A stretch of 63,013 bases of DNA, counting the filler, from Perkinsus chesapeaki ATCC PRA-425 (Eukaryota > Protista > Perkinsozoa), in NCBI GenBank assembly GCA_013115145.1. It is 8 parts of 8 records of this genome, joined end to end, with 100 filler letters (N's around TTAATTAATTAA, not from the genome) between each part and the next. Parts side by side here need not be neighbours in the genome. Positions count along the whole stretch, not along the records: positions 16,946 to 35,697 come from JAAPAO010000655.1; positions 35,798 to 41,500 come from JAAPAO010001133.1; 6 more parts are not named here. One strand, given 5' to 3'. Numbering within the stretch: the first letter of the stretch is position 1; every line of letters begins with the position of its first letter. A program made the translations under genes and the position numbers. Below, in pieces: positions 23,835 to 37,117 of the stretch. Under the pieces are notes generated by a model that saw only the letters and a list, made by a program, of their open reading frames with translations, did no database searches and had not been told where the DNA came from.

Positions 23835-26140
23835 TTACTTCGGTATCATATTTTGTGGTAATTCCTAATATAATTAACCAGAGTCATAATAATAATTATA
23901 TTAATAATATTACATGAGGTAATGTATGCCCATCTAATCTCATACGAATAAAATGCATTGCTAATGCAAATTCATTAATATCCAATTTACCATCACGATC
24001 AACATCAGCTAAGTTCCATACTCTATGTAAAACACCAGAAGGTAATTTACCTATTAACACTTATAATAATATAACACCGTAATTCAATTATATCTCACTT
24101 TTTAACATTTCCTGTTTAGCTTTAGCACCTGATAATTTACCATCAACTGGATCAGGACCAAGTGACTCAAATAATGTCATGTATCTAATAATATCATTAA
24201 TTATTATTAACCATAATCATTACTCTGATATATCAGGAGGACCAGATAACCAAGTAGCTGATCCGAAATCATCAGCCCATGGTGATGATTCACCTTTAGA
24301 AGGCTAATAATACAACAACGTATAAAGTTAATATATACTATATATATATTACATGTGTTATACCACCCTTAAATATATCAGGTAACTCCTTTTCCTTTGA
24401 ATCCCTTTCTCTAGGTATCATCTTCAATAATGTTGGTATATCATTAGATAATATATCATCAATAGGTTCGATACTGCGTGGCTTTTTGATTTTACCTACT
24501 ATCATAATACAACTCTAATAACCCCTTTAAAGTTTATTACTAAAATCATAATGTGCTAGCTCTTTACGCATATAGTCAACTGACGGGAAGTCCCCAATAG
24601 GGAGGTTATATCTGAGGAAATATCAAGTGTATTACGGTATCCTATAATCGGGTTGTTATATTACTTTTTGGATACTTGTTCATATACTTCATCAAGATGA
24701 TCAATAATCTCACGTTTCTTCGAGTTTTTACCAAACATAGATGGCATCTCATGTTTAATATATGTCATTAGACATGCATGTGTCTTAGCTAACCTATAAC
24801 CATAACCACCCTTTACCACCACCATTACCCCACTACTACTACCTTGCACGTTTAATAAGATCATTCAGCTTCCTTAATGCAGCCTCTTCTGGTAATTTAG
24901 CTATGTCTGCATAAAGATCTGATTCCTCCTTCTCAAATAGATCACGTTGTTCATCATTATTTAGCTTTTCATCCCAGAATGACCCAATGAACACTCTCGA
25001 GGTCTAATAACAACAATTTAATATCATACTCATGGATGTAACTATTACTACTACTACCTCTGGTGTATTTATTACTTTACCAAGTGACCACATAAGAGCA
25101 CCATAAACCCGCATAAGTTGTTGAGTTGTGACCTTTAACATATAGGATAATATAACAAGCGCCCCGTTTAGCATTAATACTATTACTACCATATCACTTT
25201 TATTAAGCACAATCCTTATCTTATTCTCATTTTGACGACATGCTAGAATGCATCGACGAAATTCGTCGGATATATCCAATTTATGGGCATCAAATAATAA
25301 CAATATCATATCAACTCTATCAGCAAACCAACTAACAACACCTAATAATAATAATAACAGTTATTATACCAACCTGATATATAATGATGATAATTATTAT
25401 TACTACCTTCAAAGTCATAACCACGTTGTAATCTTTGTTTTTCACCAGATAATATACCAGGAGTATCGATAAATGATACACCTTGTAATACTGGTGAACC
25501 TTCCATCCTAAGAATAACATTAATCAATAAGGATGATGATGTTATATTACATTGAGGCTTCAAAACGGTTCATGAATCCATTACCAAATTGGCTAAGTTG
25601 TGTGAATGGTAAAGTACGATCTACTACTAATGCATTACCTATTATTAATATATAATATATAACTATTATTATTATTACCTGGTATAACATGATCTCCACC
25701 ACCTTCATTACTACTATCCATAATACAACAAAACCTGTTATAATTATATTAATTATTATAAATAATATGCCTATACTTGTCTGTTGTTGGTTCTGGTCCA
25801 ATTCTCATACCAGGATAATCCCTTTCTAGTAAATGGCGTATGAAGGTAGTTTTACCAGTTGAATATCTAATAATATACTATTATAACATTATAATATTAA
25901 TATTACTGTCCAATTAACATAACCATAGGCTTTGCAGAGAAATCAGCTGGAGTTAGCGGTGCCGAATAAAAACGATGGAAACTAATAGAAGAGTATTGTG
26001 GTAGTGTTATGTTATTACTCATAATATTCCTCTATTGGTAATAGTTTATCCTTGTATATTGTTTGAAGACCTTCAGATATATTATGAAATGTTTCTGTAG
26101 TCTTTGATCGTTCTTCATCAGCTTTTAACCAGCGTAACAT
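23835..26140 (-). CDS. EHD1: EH-domain-containing dynamin-like ATPase (EHD/RME-1)
   Basis: [68 protein letters not shown]-terminal EH domain ([10 protein letters not shown]). Confidence 0.95.
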
Positions 26141-26305
26141 TATGAAATAGTAAAAGGAACACTACAAACAACCGTACCCCCTTCCCACCGCCGGGCAGCC
26201 CTAACAGCAAGTCAAAGCGGCGCTTATTGATAAAGCGTGCGCCCATATAATCTATTATCAGTAGACACCATTATTCTTCCTGCGCTGGTGGTGGCTCAGG
26301 GGTTA

Positions 26306-29300
26306 ATGGTATCATCATATAATAAAAGGGCTTTAGGAGGGTATTCAGGGAATAATAGAGGAGTAACTGGTTCATTTGAATCATCATCACAACACCATCA
26401 TCGATATAGTCCTGCGGGTAGAAGCCCTACTAATAGTTCTATATGTAAGTTAATATTACTGTATAATATAATGTATTAATTAGATAGAGTTATTGGAGAT
26501 GGTGGTACAGCACATCAATGGTTAACTGTTAATAATGCTGAACCAGTTGGGAATATAAAATCAGCTTTTAAAGGATGTTGTGCGTGTATTGATAAAACAC
26601 CTACAGAGTAATAATAGAGTAATTTTTAAAAGTAATAGTATTATTAGTAGGCATGGATCTGTATATGGTTTAAGTGCTAATTATGATATTACTGAAAGTG
26701 TTGATGAAGCATTGAGTTGTGCTAGTTATCATAGGTAATAATAATAGTATTAATATATAAGTAGTTACATTAGTTATACATACTCAACTGGTGAACATTA
26801 TGATGGTTCACGTGAAGGTAATGCTAGACATGGCTGGGGTACCTATTTCTATGCTAATGGTGATGTTTATTCTGGTAATTGGTTTCGTAATATTAAATCT
26901 GGTTGGGGTATATATCTCAGACATGGTGGTGAAAAATATGAAGGTACATGGAGTTATAATATGAAACATGGTCTAGGATGTTTAGTACATCGTAATGGTA
27001 CTAGATATGTAGGACAATTTGTTGATGATGTTAAACATGGTAGAGGTTTAGCAATGCATCGTAATGGTCTTATAAATGCTGAAATATGGGATAGAGGTAT
27101 ATTAGTTAGTAAAGCACCAATATTTGAAGAGTTATATGCCCCATCAAGTGGTGGTGGGGTGGTGCAAGGAGGTAATATTAATAGTATATTATCAATAGTG
27201 TAGATACATTATCAGATAGTGAGATGCTAAATAATAAAGGCGGGTTATCTGCTGTAAATGGTGATGGTCCAATAATATCATCATCAACACCAACGGATCA
27301 TCATCCTATAGTTATACATCAGGTAGTAGTACTAGTTGTTGTTGGTGATGGTATTGTTGTTAGTTATATATATTATTAGGAACCATTATCAGACAATCTA
27401 AGTGATGGTGGTGGTGCTGACCCTGAATCACCTAATTCATTAGAGGATCCTGAACGTAACAAACGTGATTTATTACCGGTTACTATAGTACAACCAGAGG
27501 GATGGGAAAGTAAAAGTAATGCAGCATGTATGGATGAATGGACAGTATCTGATGTTGGAGTTGTAATAAGAATAATATAGGTATATATATAATACCATTG
27601 TTATTAGTTACTAACTGGATTAGGATTGGGACAATTACGTGATACATTCGAGAAGAATGATGTTGATGGATTTGTACTTGAAAGATTGGTTAGTTGTCTA
27701 GATGATGTTGAAGATGATGAGATGTCAGTAACACCATCAAATGCAGCCGGTGATAGACGTAATAATGTTAATAATAATATATCAATATAATATTATAGCT
27801 ATACAACAGCAACAGCAACAACATGCAACACCTATACATCCTACAGTACATCATAATCATACCACATCATCACATAGATCAACAAATATACCTCTTGCTG
27901 CTGCTGCTGCTGTTGGGGCTAATGATAATACTATTGAGGATGGGGCTGCTGATGATAATATTACAGTATATACAGGAGCATCTAGTGCAGCTGATGTAAT
28001 AATAATATTTATATATTTAATATAAATATATTCATTATTAGGAGTTGGGATTAGCAGATCCAACATTACGTCGTATATTATTAATAGTAATACGAATGCT
28101 TAGTAAACTAAAACAAAGAGCTCTTATGCCTACATTAACAAGCCAACATCTTCATCAATGGTTCTCAGCACTTGAGGTAGTAGTAATAATGATATTATAA
28201 TGTTGTATGATGATATTATTAGTCGGATATTAGGTTAATTATAATGATATAGATTTCCAATGTCTAGTAGGTGAAGGTGGTTATGGTAGAGTATATAGGG
28301 CAAGGTACATGCATAAACATGTAGCATGCAAGGTAGTAGTAGTAGTTGTAATAATAATACTAGTATTATACTTAGGTATTTAGAGGGGGTAATGGAGGAG
28401 GACATGATAAGAATAATACAGATCATATATCTAAGGATTTCTGGAGTGAACTTAATACATTAGCTAGGCTTAGACATCCTAATATAACACTATTACTTGG
28501 AAGTAATAATAATATGTATAATAATAATATACATCATATGTTGTTAGTCTCATTAACACCACGTTATAGTTTATTAACTGAATATGTACCTTGTGGTTCA
28601 TTATTCGATTTACTTCATAGAAGTCATCCTGGAAATAAAAGTAATACATTAGTATTAAATCTATATGTAGTTGTTGTTATTATAGATTCCACTACTACCC
28701 ATGAGATAGGTGGATGGTCATTACCTAGAGTTGTTAGTATAGCGAGGGAGATATGTTTGGGTATGTCATATCTACATTCACATGGTGTATTACATTGTGA
28801 TCTTAAAAGTAGTAATATATTAATATCTGAGAATTGGGAAGTTAAAATATGTGATTTTGGGTTATCATTTATGACTGGTGAATCTAATAGGGATGCTAAA
28901 TTACCATTAGGTTGTGTAGGAACACATCACTGGATGGCACCTGAGGTAGTAGTGATAATATTATGATTATAAAGGAGGTATGGTTTAGATATTAAGAGGT
29001 GAAGAATATTCTCAAGCAGCTGATGTATATAGTTTTGGTATGATATTATGGGAAATGGTATATCGTATGATACCATATGCCCATTTATCAGCATTACAAG
29101 TTATAGGTAGTAATATACTAGTAGTAGTTATTAATATTAGTAATAGGTATTGTTGGTTATGGTCATAGAATACATCATCATGGTCCATCTAGACCATTAT
29201 TACCTATGGATGATTGTCCTATGCCATTACGTAATATTATGATACGTAGTTTACGGTATGTTCCGGATACTAGGTAATATATATTATTAGTGTTAGTGTA

Positions 29301-29686
29301 TTATTATTATTGTTATCATTATAGGCCATCCTTTGCTGAACTAGCTGCGGAGCTATCACGTTTACATAAAAATTCAGTTATTGATGTTGAAGAGAGTATG
29401 AATGCATTCTTTGGTTTAGATAGGCCTAATAATTATGCTGTAATAGTACAGTTAATATACCTTAGTATTATCATTGATATAGGCACATTCAACATGGCAA
29501 AGTACAACACAGGCAGGCGGTGGACCATGGAGTAGAAATGGTCAATATTCTGGACAGCAGCAGCAACCAGCTACCTCACCACCACCACCACCTCAACAAG
29601 GTGTAATTAGAGCACATAGAGCTATTGATATAGATACTGGATATCCTATTAGACAAGCACATAATAATAATAACGATACCGCTTAG
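26306..29686 (+). CDS. Tyrosine-kinase-like (TKL) protein kinase with MORN repeats and SAM domain
   Basis: MORN repeats (YEGTWSYNMKHGLG), SAM (EWTVSDV...IGLGQLRDTFEKNDVDG), kinase motifs GEGGYG, ACK, HCDLKSSN, DFG, WMAPE and DVYSFG. Confidence 0.9.
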
Positions 29687-29968
29687 CAAGCAGTGTCACT
29701 AGGTTACTAACTATTACTAATATCATCCATGTCTAATTGTGTCTATTATTAATGTATTTTTTTATCCGATGATGCTCAAGAACTAGATGAGCTATTGTAC
29801 TACTTGTGTAACATTATCAATATTATGCATCATCATCATCATCATCATCGTCAACATGTTGTTGTTGTTGTTGTTTATGAACATAGTTATCCGTTATAAT
29901 ATCATATGCTTAGGGTGGTTATAATGATTTGTTATAAGTTTTTTGGTAGAACTCATCCCTAAGTTATC

Positions 29969-32424
29969 ATGAAATCTTCCCTATTATCCCAGTCGCTGTC
30001 TTCTTCTTTATTCTTATTATTATTTGCCGATATAACTTATACTAGGGCTTGGTCCCTATGGGGTGATGCTGGCTCTGCTGATAGAGGGGTAATAAGAATA
30101 ATAATATATAATTGTAGTAGTATTGTTATTATTATTTAGAAAATAAGACATTTAACAGAAAAGGAGCTTGATGATGATATACCACAGAGTGGCATATCAA
30201 TGGTTATGTTTTATGCACCTTATTGTCCCTACTGTCAGAGTGTAATAATAATAGTACAATTACTATCATATAGTGCTGGTCTATAATGGTAGTTTAAACC
30301 ATTTTTTGAGAATGCTGTGAAGAAGTTGGCTATGCATGATGATATACCAATTAGATTTGGTATGATAGATGGTATTGAATATCCTAATGTACTACTAAGT
30401 CTTAATAGTAATTGTTGTTGTTATTATTATTAATATTTAGGCTATTGTTAAACATAATATACCTTATTATCCAACAGTTAAGTTATTTGTTGATAATCAA
30501 GAACATCAATTACCACTTAGTGAGATGGATGTTGGTGATCCTAAATGGTAATAATAATAATACCTACTATCTCTACTACTACAATGGTACCTTTATTAAT
30601 AATATTATTGTTATTAGTGCTGCAAAGGTTGTTAATTGGATTAATCGTATTATTGATAAAGAGCATGTTATTGAGACCACTGGTGATGCTGATAAATTCC
30701 TTGAAGATAATCCATTTGTTGCTATTGGTCTATTTGATAGTATGCGTGATGGAGAATTGTAATAACAATAACATACGATAATGATATAGAATATTATTTC
30801 AGTTTTAAGCATAGTACCAGGCATTTTGAAGATATATTCTTTGCAACTGCATATGGTCAAGGAGCTAGAGATATAATAGATCATTTATATAGTAGAGGGT
30901 AAGCGGAGGGTATCATTATTAATACTCAAATAGTGGATGAGTAATATTATTTAGTAAAATAACTAAGAAACCATCACAACTTCCAGCGGTTATTGCACTA
31001 TATCATCACGATGATCACTTCTCTATCTATGAACAAGATCTTGATTATCATCATGTAATATAATACATAATATGCACGTATTACATATCTTATTAGTTGG
31101 ATCGCTTTTTATTATCCAGAACCCTTCCATTGATTACCCCATATACGCCTGAAGGGGCTGAATCTGTAACTTAACACTTCTATTGCCAATTACTATATCA
31201 TTGTCATTATTAGTTGCTATCCAGTGGTATGCCAGTATTATATCTTTTCCGGGATGGACAATCACAAGTTGGTAAGGCTTCTGAAGCTGATTTGAAGGAG
31301 ATGGCTAAGGAGTTCATTGGTAATTATTGATGAATAAAATCTCGATGGATATATTGAATGACATCGTTAGGTGATGTACTGTTTTCAATTGTTGATACAG
31401 CATCAGCAGAGGAACATTACGTTGAGGGCCTAACCAAGGAGCTTGGCATTGAAGCTGTAATATAATAAGTGGGATTATTAGTGGGATTATGTATGTTAGG
31501 ATGCTGCACAACAACAACCAATAGTACGAATATTATATCATCCTGCTAGAGAGAGCAGACATATATCGTTCTTTGATGGAATGACTAGAAAGTTTAAACC
31601 TCGAAATGATGGTACTACTACGTGGGCACGCTGGGCACGTTGTAGGCACTTATAATAATTAGGTACTATGGGGAAAATTGATAAGGAATTCTTTAGAACA
31701 TTCATTAATGATTTTAAATCTGGTAGTGTTCATCCTTATACTAGATCTGAACCAATACCAGATTATTGGGGTAATGAAGGAGTTATACAAGTAATAGAAT
31801 ACTATTAGTAACTATACTATTTATATTATTATATTAGGTTGTAGGAGATAACTTTGAAGATGTTGTTATGAATGATGCTGAGGATGTACTTGTTAATTAC
31901 TTTGCACCATGGTGTGGTCATTGCCGTCAATTAAGCTCAACCTATTCAGCATTAGGGGATAAGGTTAAACATTTAAAATCCACGTAATACTGTAACTCGT
32001 ACTGTAACAAGTAATATCATCATCATTATTGTTGTTGTTGGATTAGGTTGAAGATTGTGAAGATTGATGCTACTCAAAATGAGCTACCTTTAAGGGTTGA
32101 TGCATTCCCTACCATAATGTTATATCCTGCTGGTAATATTAATATATATATTATACTATTATAATTGTTATTATTAGGGAGAAAGCATTCACCAGTATAT
32201 TTTCAGGGTAAGAGGACAGTTGAGAACTTCATACAGTAATGTTGTGCCTCTATCACCTTCAAATATTGGTAATAATAATTAGGTTCCTGAAACAGAATGC
32301 TGTACACGAAATAAGGGATAAGCCGGCTGTTTATGATCAATATGGCAACGTGGTAATATTCACATTATCCTTAACACATGCCTTATATGTTTCCTATTAG
32401 GTTGAGAGCCCAGAAGAGCTTTAG
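29969..32424 (+). CDS. PDI: Protein disulfide isomerase family
   Basis: Signal peptide, thioredoxin sites FYAPYCPYC and FAPWCGHC, KIDATQNE...FPTI, C-terminal PEEL. Confidence 0.9.
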
Positions 32425-32781
32425 CTGAATTATAACTGATGATTATATTCTGCAGCAAGGCACATTCTCATCATCACATTGCAGAAGTATATTGCTATGG
32501 ATTTATTCGTATGTGTTGGTCTATCATCTAGGCCCTTACCGACGTCATCGTCATTACGATTATGATGTTATCGCTTTACTATAACTCAATCAGCAGCAGC
32601 AGTAGCTATTACTACCATTAAACAACTATTCGTAATAGGCACCTATCATTGGTCAATCCTTTAGCTTAAGACTAGCTATGTTGTATTGAAGTATAGCTTT
32701 AATAACGACTATTATGTTGCCTATTGTTTTTCACTTTAGCATACCATTGTTTTCCCTCCTTCTCCTTTGGACTAATACCTA

Positions 32782-33204
32782 ATGGATTTTTCATCTTCAA
32801 CCCCCAGCAGTGATAATACTCCCTCCCCAGAGGAACAACAACAAGCTTTGGTTCAAGGTATCAATGCAATGGTGGTACAGATGCTTCAAGGAGTAAGTCA
32901 TCATTTACTATCCATATCAATAATGTTGTTATTTTTAGCAAACACGTAAGACTTGTTTTGATAAGTGCATAGCTAAGAATGCACGTTTTGTGGATCAACT
33001 AGGGAAGAATGAACAGATATGCCTTGCCAAGTGTATGGATCGGATGTAATACTATAGGGATATACCTTTAGTTTTATAAGAGGGTCATTCATCATTCTAA
33101 GGTTCGAATCGTATTCAATCGTTACTAAGGCCTCAGCGGAAATGGCACAGAACTTGCAAAGTTCTTTAGACCAAGAAGATTCGAGCTCTTCAAGTTTCTT
33201 ATAA
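32782..33204 (+). CDS. Small Tim mitochondrial IMS chaperone (Tim8/Tim13-like)
   Basis: Three exons giving a twin CX3C: CFDKC...EQICLAKCMDRMFESYSIV. Confidence 0.8.
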
Positions 33205-34117
33205 GCAGCAGCAGCATCAACCTGTAGTAGCTACGACAATGAGGGCCTCAAGTGGCATCTATAATACTTATGATGAGAGTAGTTAGAATGACATAGGTGT
33301 AAAAGTGCTACTACCAGCCTCAACTTAGTAGTAGTTTCAGGCATAACCATCATACCAATTCATACTTGTTTAGTTTAGTTAGTTTGTAATATACCTACGG
33401 ACCGTAGGCTACGGTAAAATATTTTGTGGAGGTTTATAACCTCAATGCTCTCTTATAGTACGACCTATTTGAGCTATGCTGATATTGGAGTCCATCATGA
33501 AGACCATGGTATGGTCACCATACATGGTGTATGTTAACTGATATCTATGACATTTTATGCGAATGACATTTGCCAAATGTACTAGATAACATTGTTCAGG
33601 AGATCTCAAGTTAGGCGAAGAAGGCGGGTGTAAAGTCAGGTGAATACTTCTCGTCTGATCCAAATAGGTTGTGGTACCTTGTCGTGCATACCGCCGCGGC
33701 GTGTATGAGGCGTAACGCTCCCTCCCTCAAGCAGGGTTTCAGCCAGGAATTTTGACCTATACGCCTCGCGCCTTCCCGCTTTTGTCTCCGCGCGCCTGAA
33801 TTTCAGGCCCTGAACAAATTTCATTGGACAAACTTTGTCCGATAAAGTTTTTCCTAATTAAAAGTCCGTTTTGGTTGTCCATTCCGAACAGTTGTCCATT
33901 GAAACGCTGTAATAGTTATAAATACTTACTAAGTATGACGCCCGTTCAGGAAACGGGTTACCTGGAAAATCAAAGGTATTCACGCGTATTCACGGTTACT
34001 AACACAATATCAGTGACACCTAACATTTGGTGGACAACTAACATCAATCTGCTGATCAGGCTCTACCAATAGAAAAGCTTCAACTGCGACAATGGCAGGG
34101 TTCTATCACGTATTCAC

Positions 34118-34504
34118 TTGGCATACCAAACCATCAAGAACGCAATGCATGCCTATTGGACATTTCTTACAACTACTACAACTACTATCCCCCCTCCAAC
34201 TACTACAACTACTATCCCCCCTCCAACTACTACAACTACTATCCCCCCTCGTCCTCCTTCAATTACTACTACAACTACTACTACTACCCCACTTGGCTCT
34301 ACCCCACCCGGCTCTATAACGCCAAATGGCCCGGTTACTCCATCTGAGGCTCAGATTCTGAGCGTAGTGCAACGTCGTCACTCCACGAGGACTTCCTTTA
34401 TGAGGATATGTACGAGTGATGCCGTGATGATGATAATGATGATGACGATGATGCTGCTGCTGCTGCTGATGATGACGCCATTACTATTATTATTTACTGT
34501 TTAG
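34118..34504 (+). repeat. Thr/Pro-coding low-complexity repeat (TTTTTIPPP x3), possible exon
   Basis: 27-bp unit repeated about three times, then (GAT)n and (GCT)n tracts. Confidence 0.4.
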
Positions 34505-34552
34505 GGTTGTTGAGTTTTTTTTATTTTTCTCAGGTTTATTTAATTTTTCAGT

Positions 34553-34929
34553 ATGCCTAAACGCCCTCGCGAAACCGACACCACTGCCACTCCCACTACC
34601 GACAACAACAACAACAACAACAACAACAACACCACTGCCACTCCCACTACCGACAACAACAACACCATCACTGCCACTACCACTACCGACAACAACGATG
34701 ATGCTGTAAGTGTAATGTCATCATTGATGACATTGATGACTCATCAATACTTCCATGGCCATACGAAGAGGGCAGTGATGATGACGATGATGATGATGAT
34801 GATGATGACGACGACGCCATTACCATTACGTCATTTATTGGGGACAAGCCCATCTTGGCTGACCCCAGTACTTTTTTACTGGATGATGATGATGATGATG
34901 ATAATGATGACACCTTCGACATCACGGCC

Positions 34930-34978
<49 letters not shown>

Positions 34979-35382
34979 TTGGTGATGCTGCTGCTGCTGA
35001 TGGTGATGATGCTTGTCCTCCTCCTCCTCCCGGTAAAACTACAACAACAACTACTACTACTACTACCACTACTCCTGTGATGGTTGACTCGGGCTCACAA
35101 ACCACTCTCACTGGGGATCTCTTCTCCCCCCAGACCCTGATGGCTTCCCTAGCATTTGCTTCGTGGCCATCAGACTGGGGGCTAGGGATCCAAGTGAGAG
35201 GGTTTCTGGACGAGATATTTGGTAATCCTTTTTTTAATAACCAGTCCTACCTTGATGTCATTCGTAACGAATGGCATCAAAGGGAGGAATACTATCGTTT
35301 ATCCCTTTTAGGGGCATACGAGAATCGGTACTATTCCTTTAAAGATGCTCCTTCCGATGACTCGTCTATGCCGCCTAACTAA
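34553..35382 (+). CDS. Acidic low-complexity hypothetical protein (frameshifted or spliced)
   Basis: MPKRPRE... followed by poly-N/D/T tracts. The unique C-terminal block (DLFSPQTLMAS...YYSFKD) is in a different frame from the start. Confidence 0.3.
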
Positions 35383-35697
35383 ATCTTCATCATCATCATC
35401 ATTGTTACTGTACTTGTCATCACCATCATCATCACACTCTCTGACGGATGTGAGCATGTGAAGAGTGAGAGCACGACGACGACGATGAAATCCGGAAGCC
35501 GAATCCAAGCGTACGGGCTTCGGATGATCATCATCAGGGGCGTAGGTTGGCGTATCATTAGACGACACTTTCCGTTGGGCAAGTTCAATTCTCTGCCGCG
35601 AAAGAAGTGGTCTCAGGCACTTGAATCATACATATCTTTTCCCTCGCTCGTATTTGCCGTGGAGTTTTTCACATGCTTTTGCGAACTAACTTACACA

Positions 35698-35797
35698 NNN
35701 NNNNNNNNNNNNNNNNNNNNNNNNNNNNNNNNNNNNNNNNNTTAATTAATTAANNNNNNNNNNNNNNNNNNNNNNNNNNNNNNNNNNNNNNNNNNNN
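35698..35797. other. Artificial contig spacer
   Basis: N-run, TTAATTAATTAA, N-run; 100 bp. Confidence 0.98.
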
Positions 35798-36045
35798 GGA
35801 ACTGAACCTTCGTGTATGGTAGGACGATCCCAAAAGAAATCATGGCTCTCTATGCCTTTCACACCCTCTTTGAATTGTGCCGTATTGAGAAGGATATCCA
35901 ACTCCTGATTAGAATCATCATCATCGCCATCCTTCTCTACACTAGAATGGGTATCAGACATCGAGAAGGATCTCGTCTCTAAGTTGGAGATACCAGTTTT
36001 AACTTTACTTTTAGGTGACGACGAAGAAGGGGAAGGGGACGACAT
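35798..36045 (-). CDS. 5' fragment of an unknown gene-family member, truncated by contig end
   Basis: MSSPSP...EGVKGIESHDFFWDRPTIHEGSV; same motif as 41244-41500. Confidence 0.55.
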
Positions 36046-36133
36046 ATATTACCCACTAAAGGGGGCTACGATATAAATACAGAGAAAACTGAGGTTCAGA
36101 GGATACCAGGACATCCATCATCGCACTCAAATA

Positions 36134-36304
36134 CCTATAACCCCTTATTATCCCTTAATGCTGCCTATAACCCCTTATTATCCCCTAATGCTGCCTATAA
36201 CCCCTTATTATCCCCTAATGCTGCCTATAACCCCTTATTATCCCCTAATGCTGCCTATAACCCCTTATTATCCCCTAATGCTGCCTATAACCCCTTATTA
36301 TCCC
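36134..36304. repeat. 30-bp minisatellite, about 5.7 copies
   Basis: Unit cctataaccccttattatcccctaatgctg. Confidence 0.95.
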
Positions 36305-37117
36305 TCATCGTCCACTAAATGCTTCCTTAACACGGTGTTCAGGCATCCACCCCTCCTTCTGCTCCTACCCGCGCTCATCGGAGACATGTCCGAGGATCCC
36401 CAGCCAAGTCTCTCAAGAAGTATCCATGAACCTCTGTACCGAACCACTCAGCGATATCCAACCTTTGTAGTTACTAACATCACCAAAATACACCACCCGA
36501 CTCGCACCAAGTAACCTTGGAGAGGTTACGGCAGAGCAGCCAAATGCATCGCTCCGCTAAAACTGAATAGCGCGCGCCCTACCGCGCATTACCAAAACTA
36601 AGGTACTGTACCTTTTGGGAAATACTTCCTGTCTTGGGGCAAAAGCCATTAATGGGTCCGCTATCGAGGAGAGGATCAAATAGCGACTTGCCAGAAGCGC
36701 CGGTGGGATGCAAAAAAAGATTATCCTAGGGTCTTGATTTCTGGAATTATAGAAATGCAGCATAATGTCATCCGCGGCCCATCTTCAGGCGACACTGGGC
36801 TCATTTCATAGTTTTGCGATGGGAAACTTCCTATTACCCGATTCTCGATTGTTCCTCCATTGAAATATCCTCAACACCCTTCCACTGGGATTTAAACCGC
36901 TTCTATCGAAAAAACCCTTTTGCCAGCCGTGCGGAATGCCTCGAAAAGGTGCAGTCGAATGTTAAGACTCGACGTGAGTTGTTCGAAGGCAAATCCGTGT
37001 CCCGTTGCATTATGCCATTTCGGAGGGTGCCCCTTCCTCATGGTTGTGTAGCCTTACTGAAGCACATTAGAGCATTGCAGCCCTTCTCCGGTTCAACCGG
37101 TCTATCTTATCACATAG

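Noticed and set aside
33824-34504. TAG readthrough joining ORFs 33824-34072 and 34118-34504
   Set aside because: They are in the same frame, but the upstream part has no protein-like features or homolog evidence.
34553-35111. Poly-Met, poly-Ser and poly-Val ORFs
   Set aside because: Alternative frames of (GAT)n and (ACT)n microsatellites.
36158-36514. MLPITPYYPL repeat protein; MIWESTNLF ORF at 43375 likewise
   Set aside because: Translations of minisatellites whose units lack stops in one frame.
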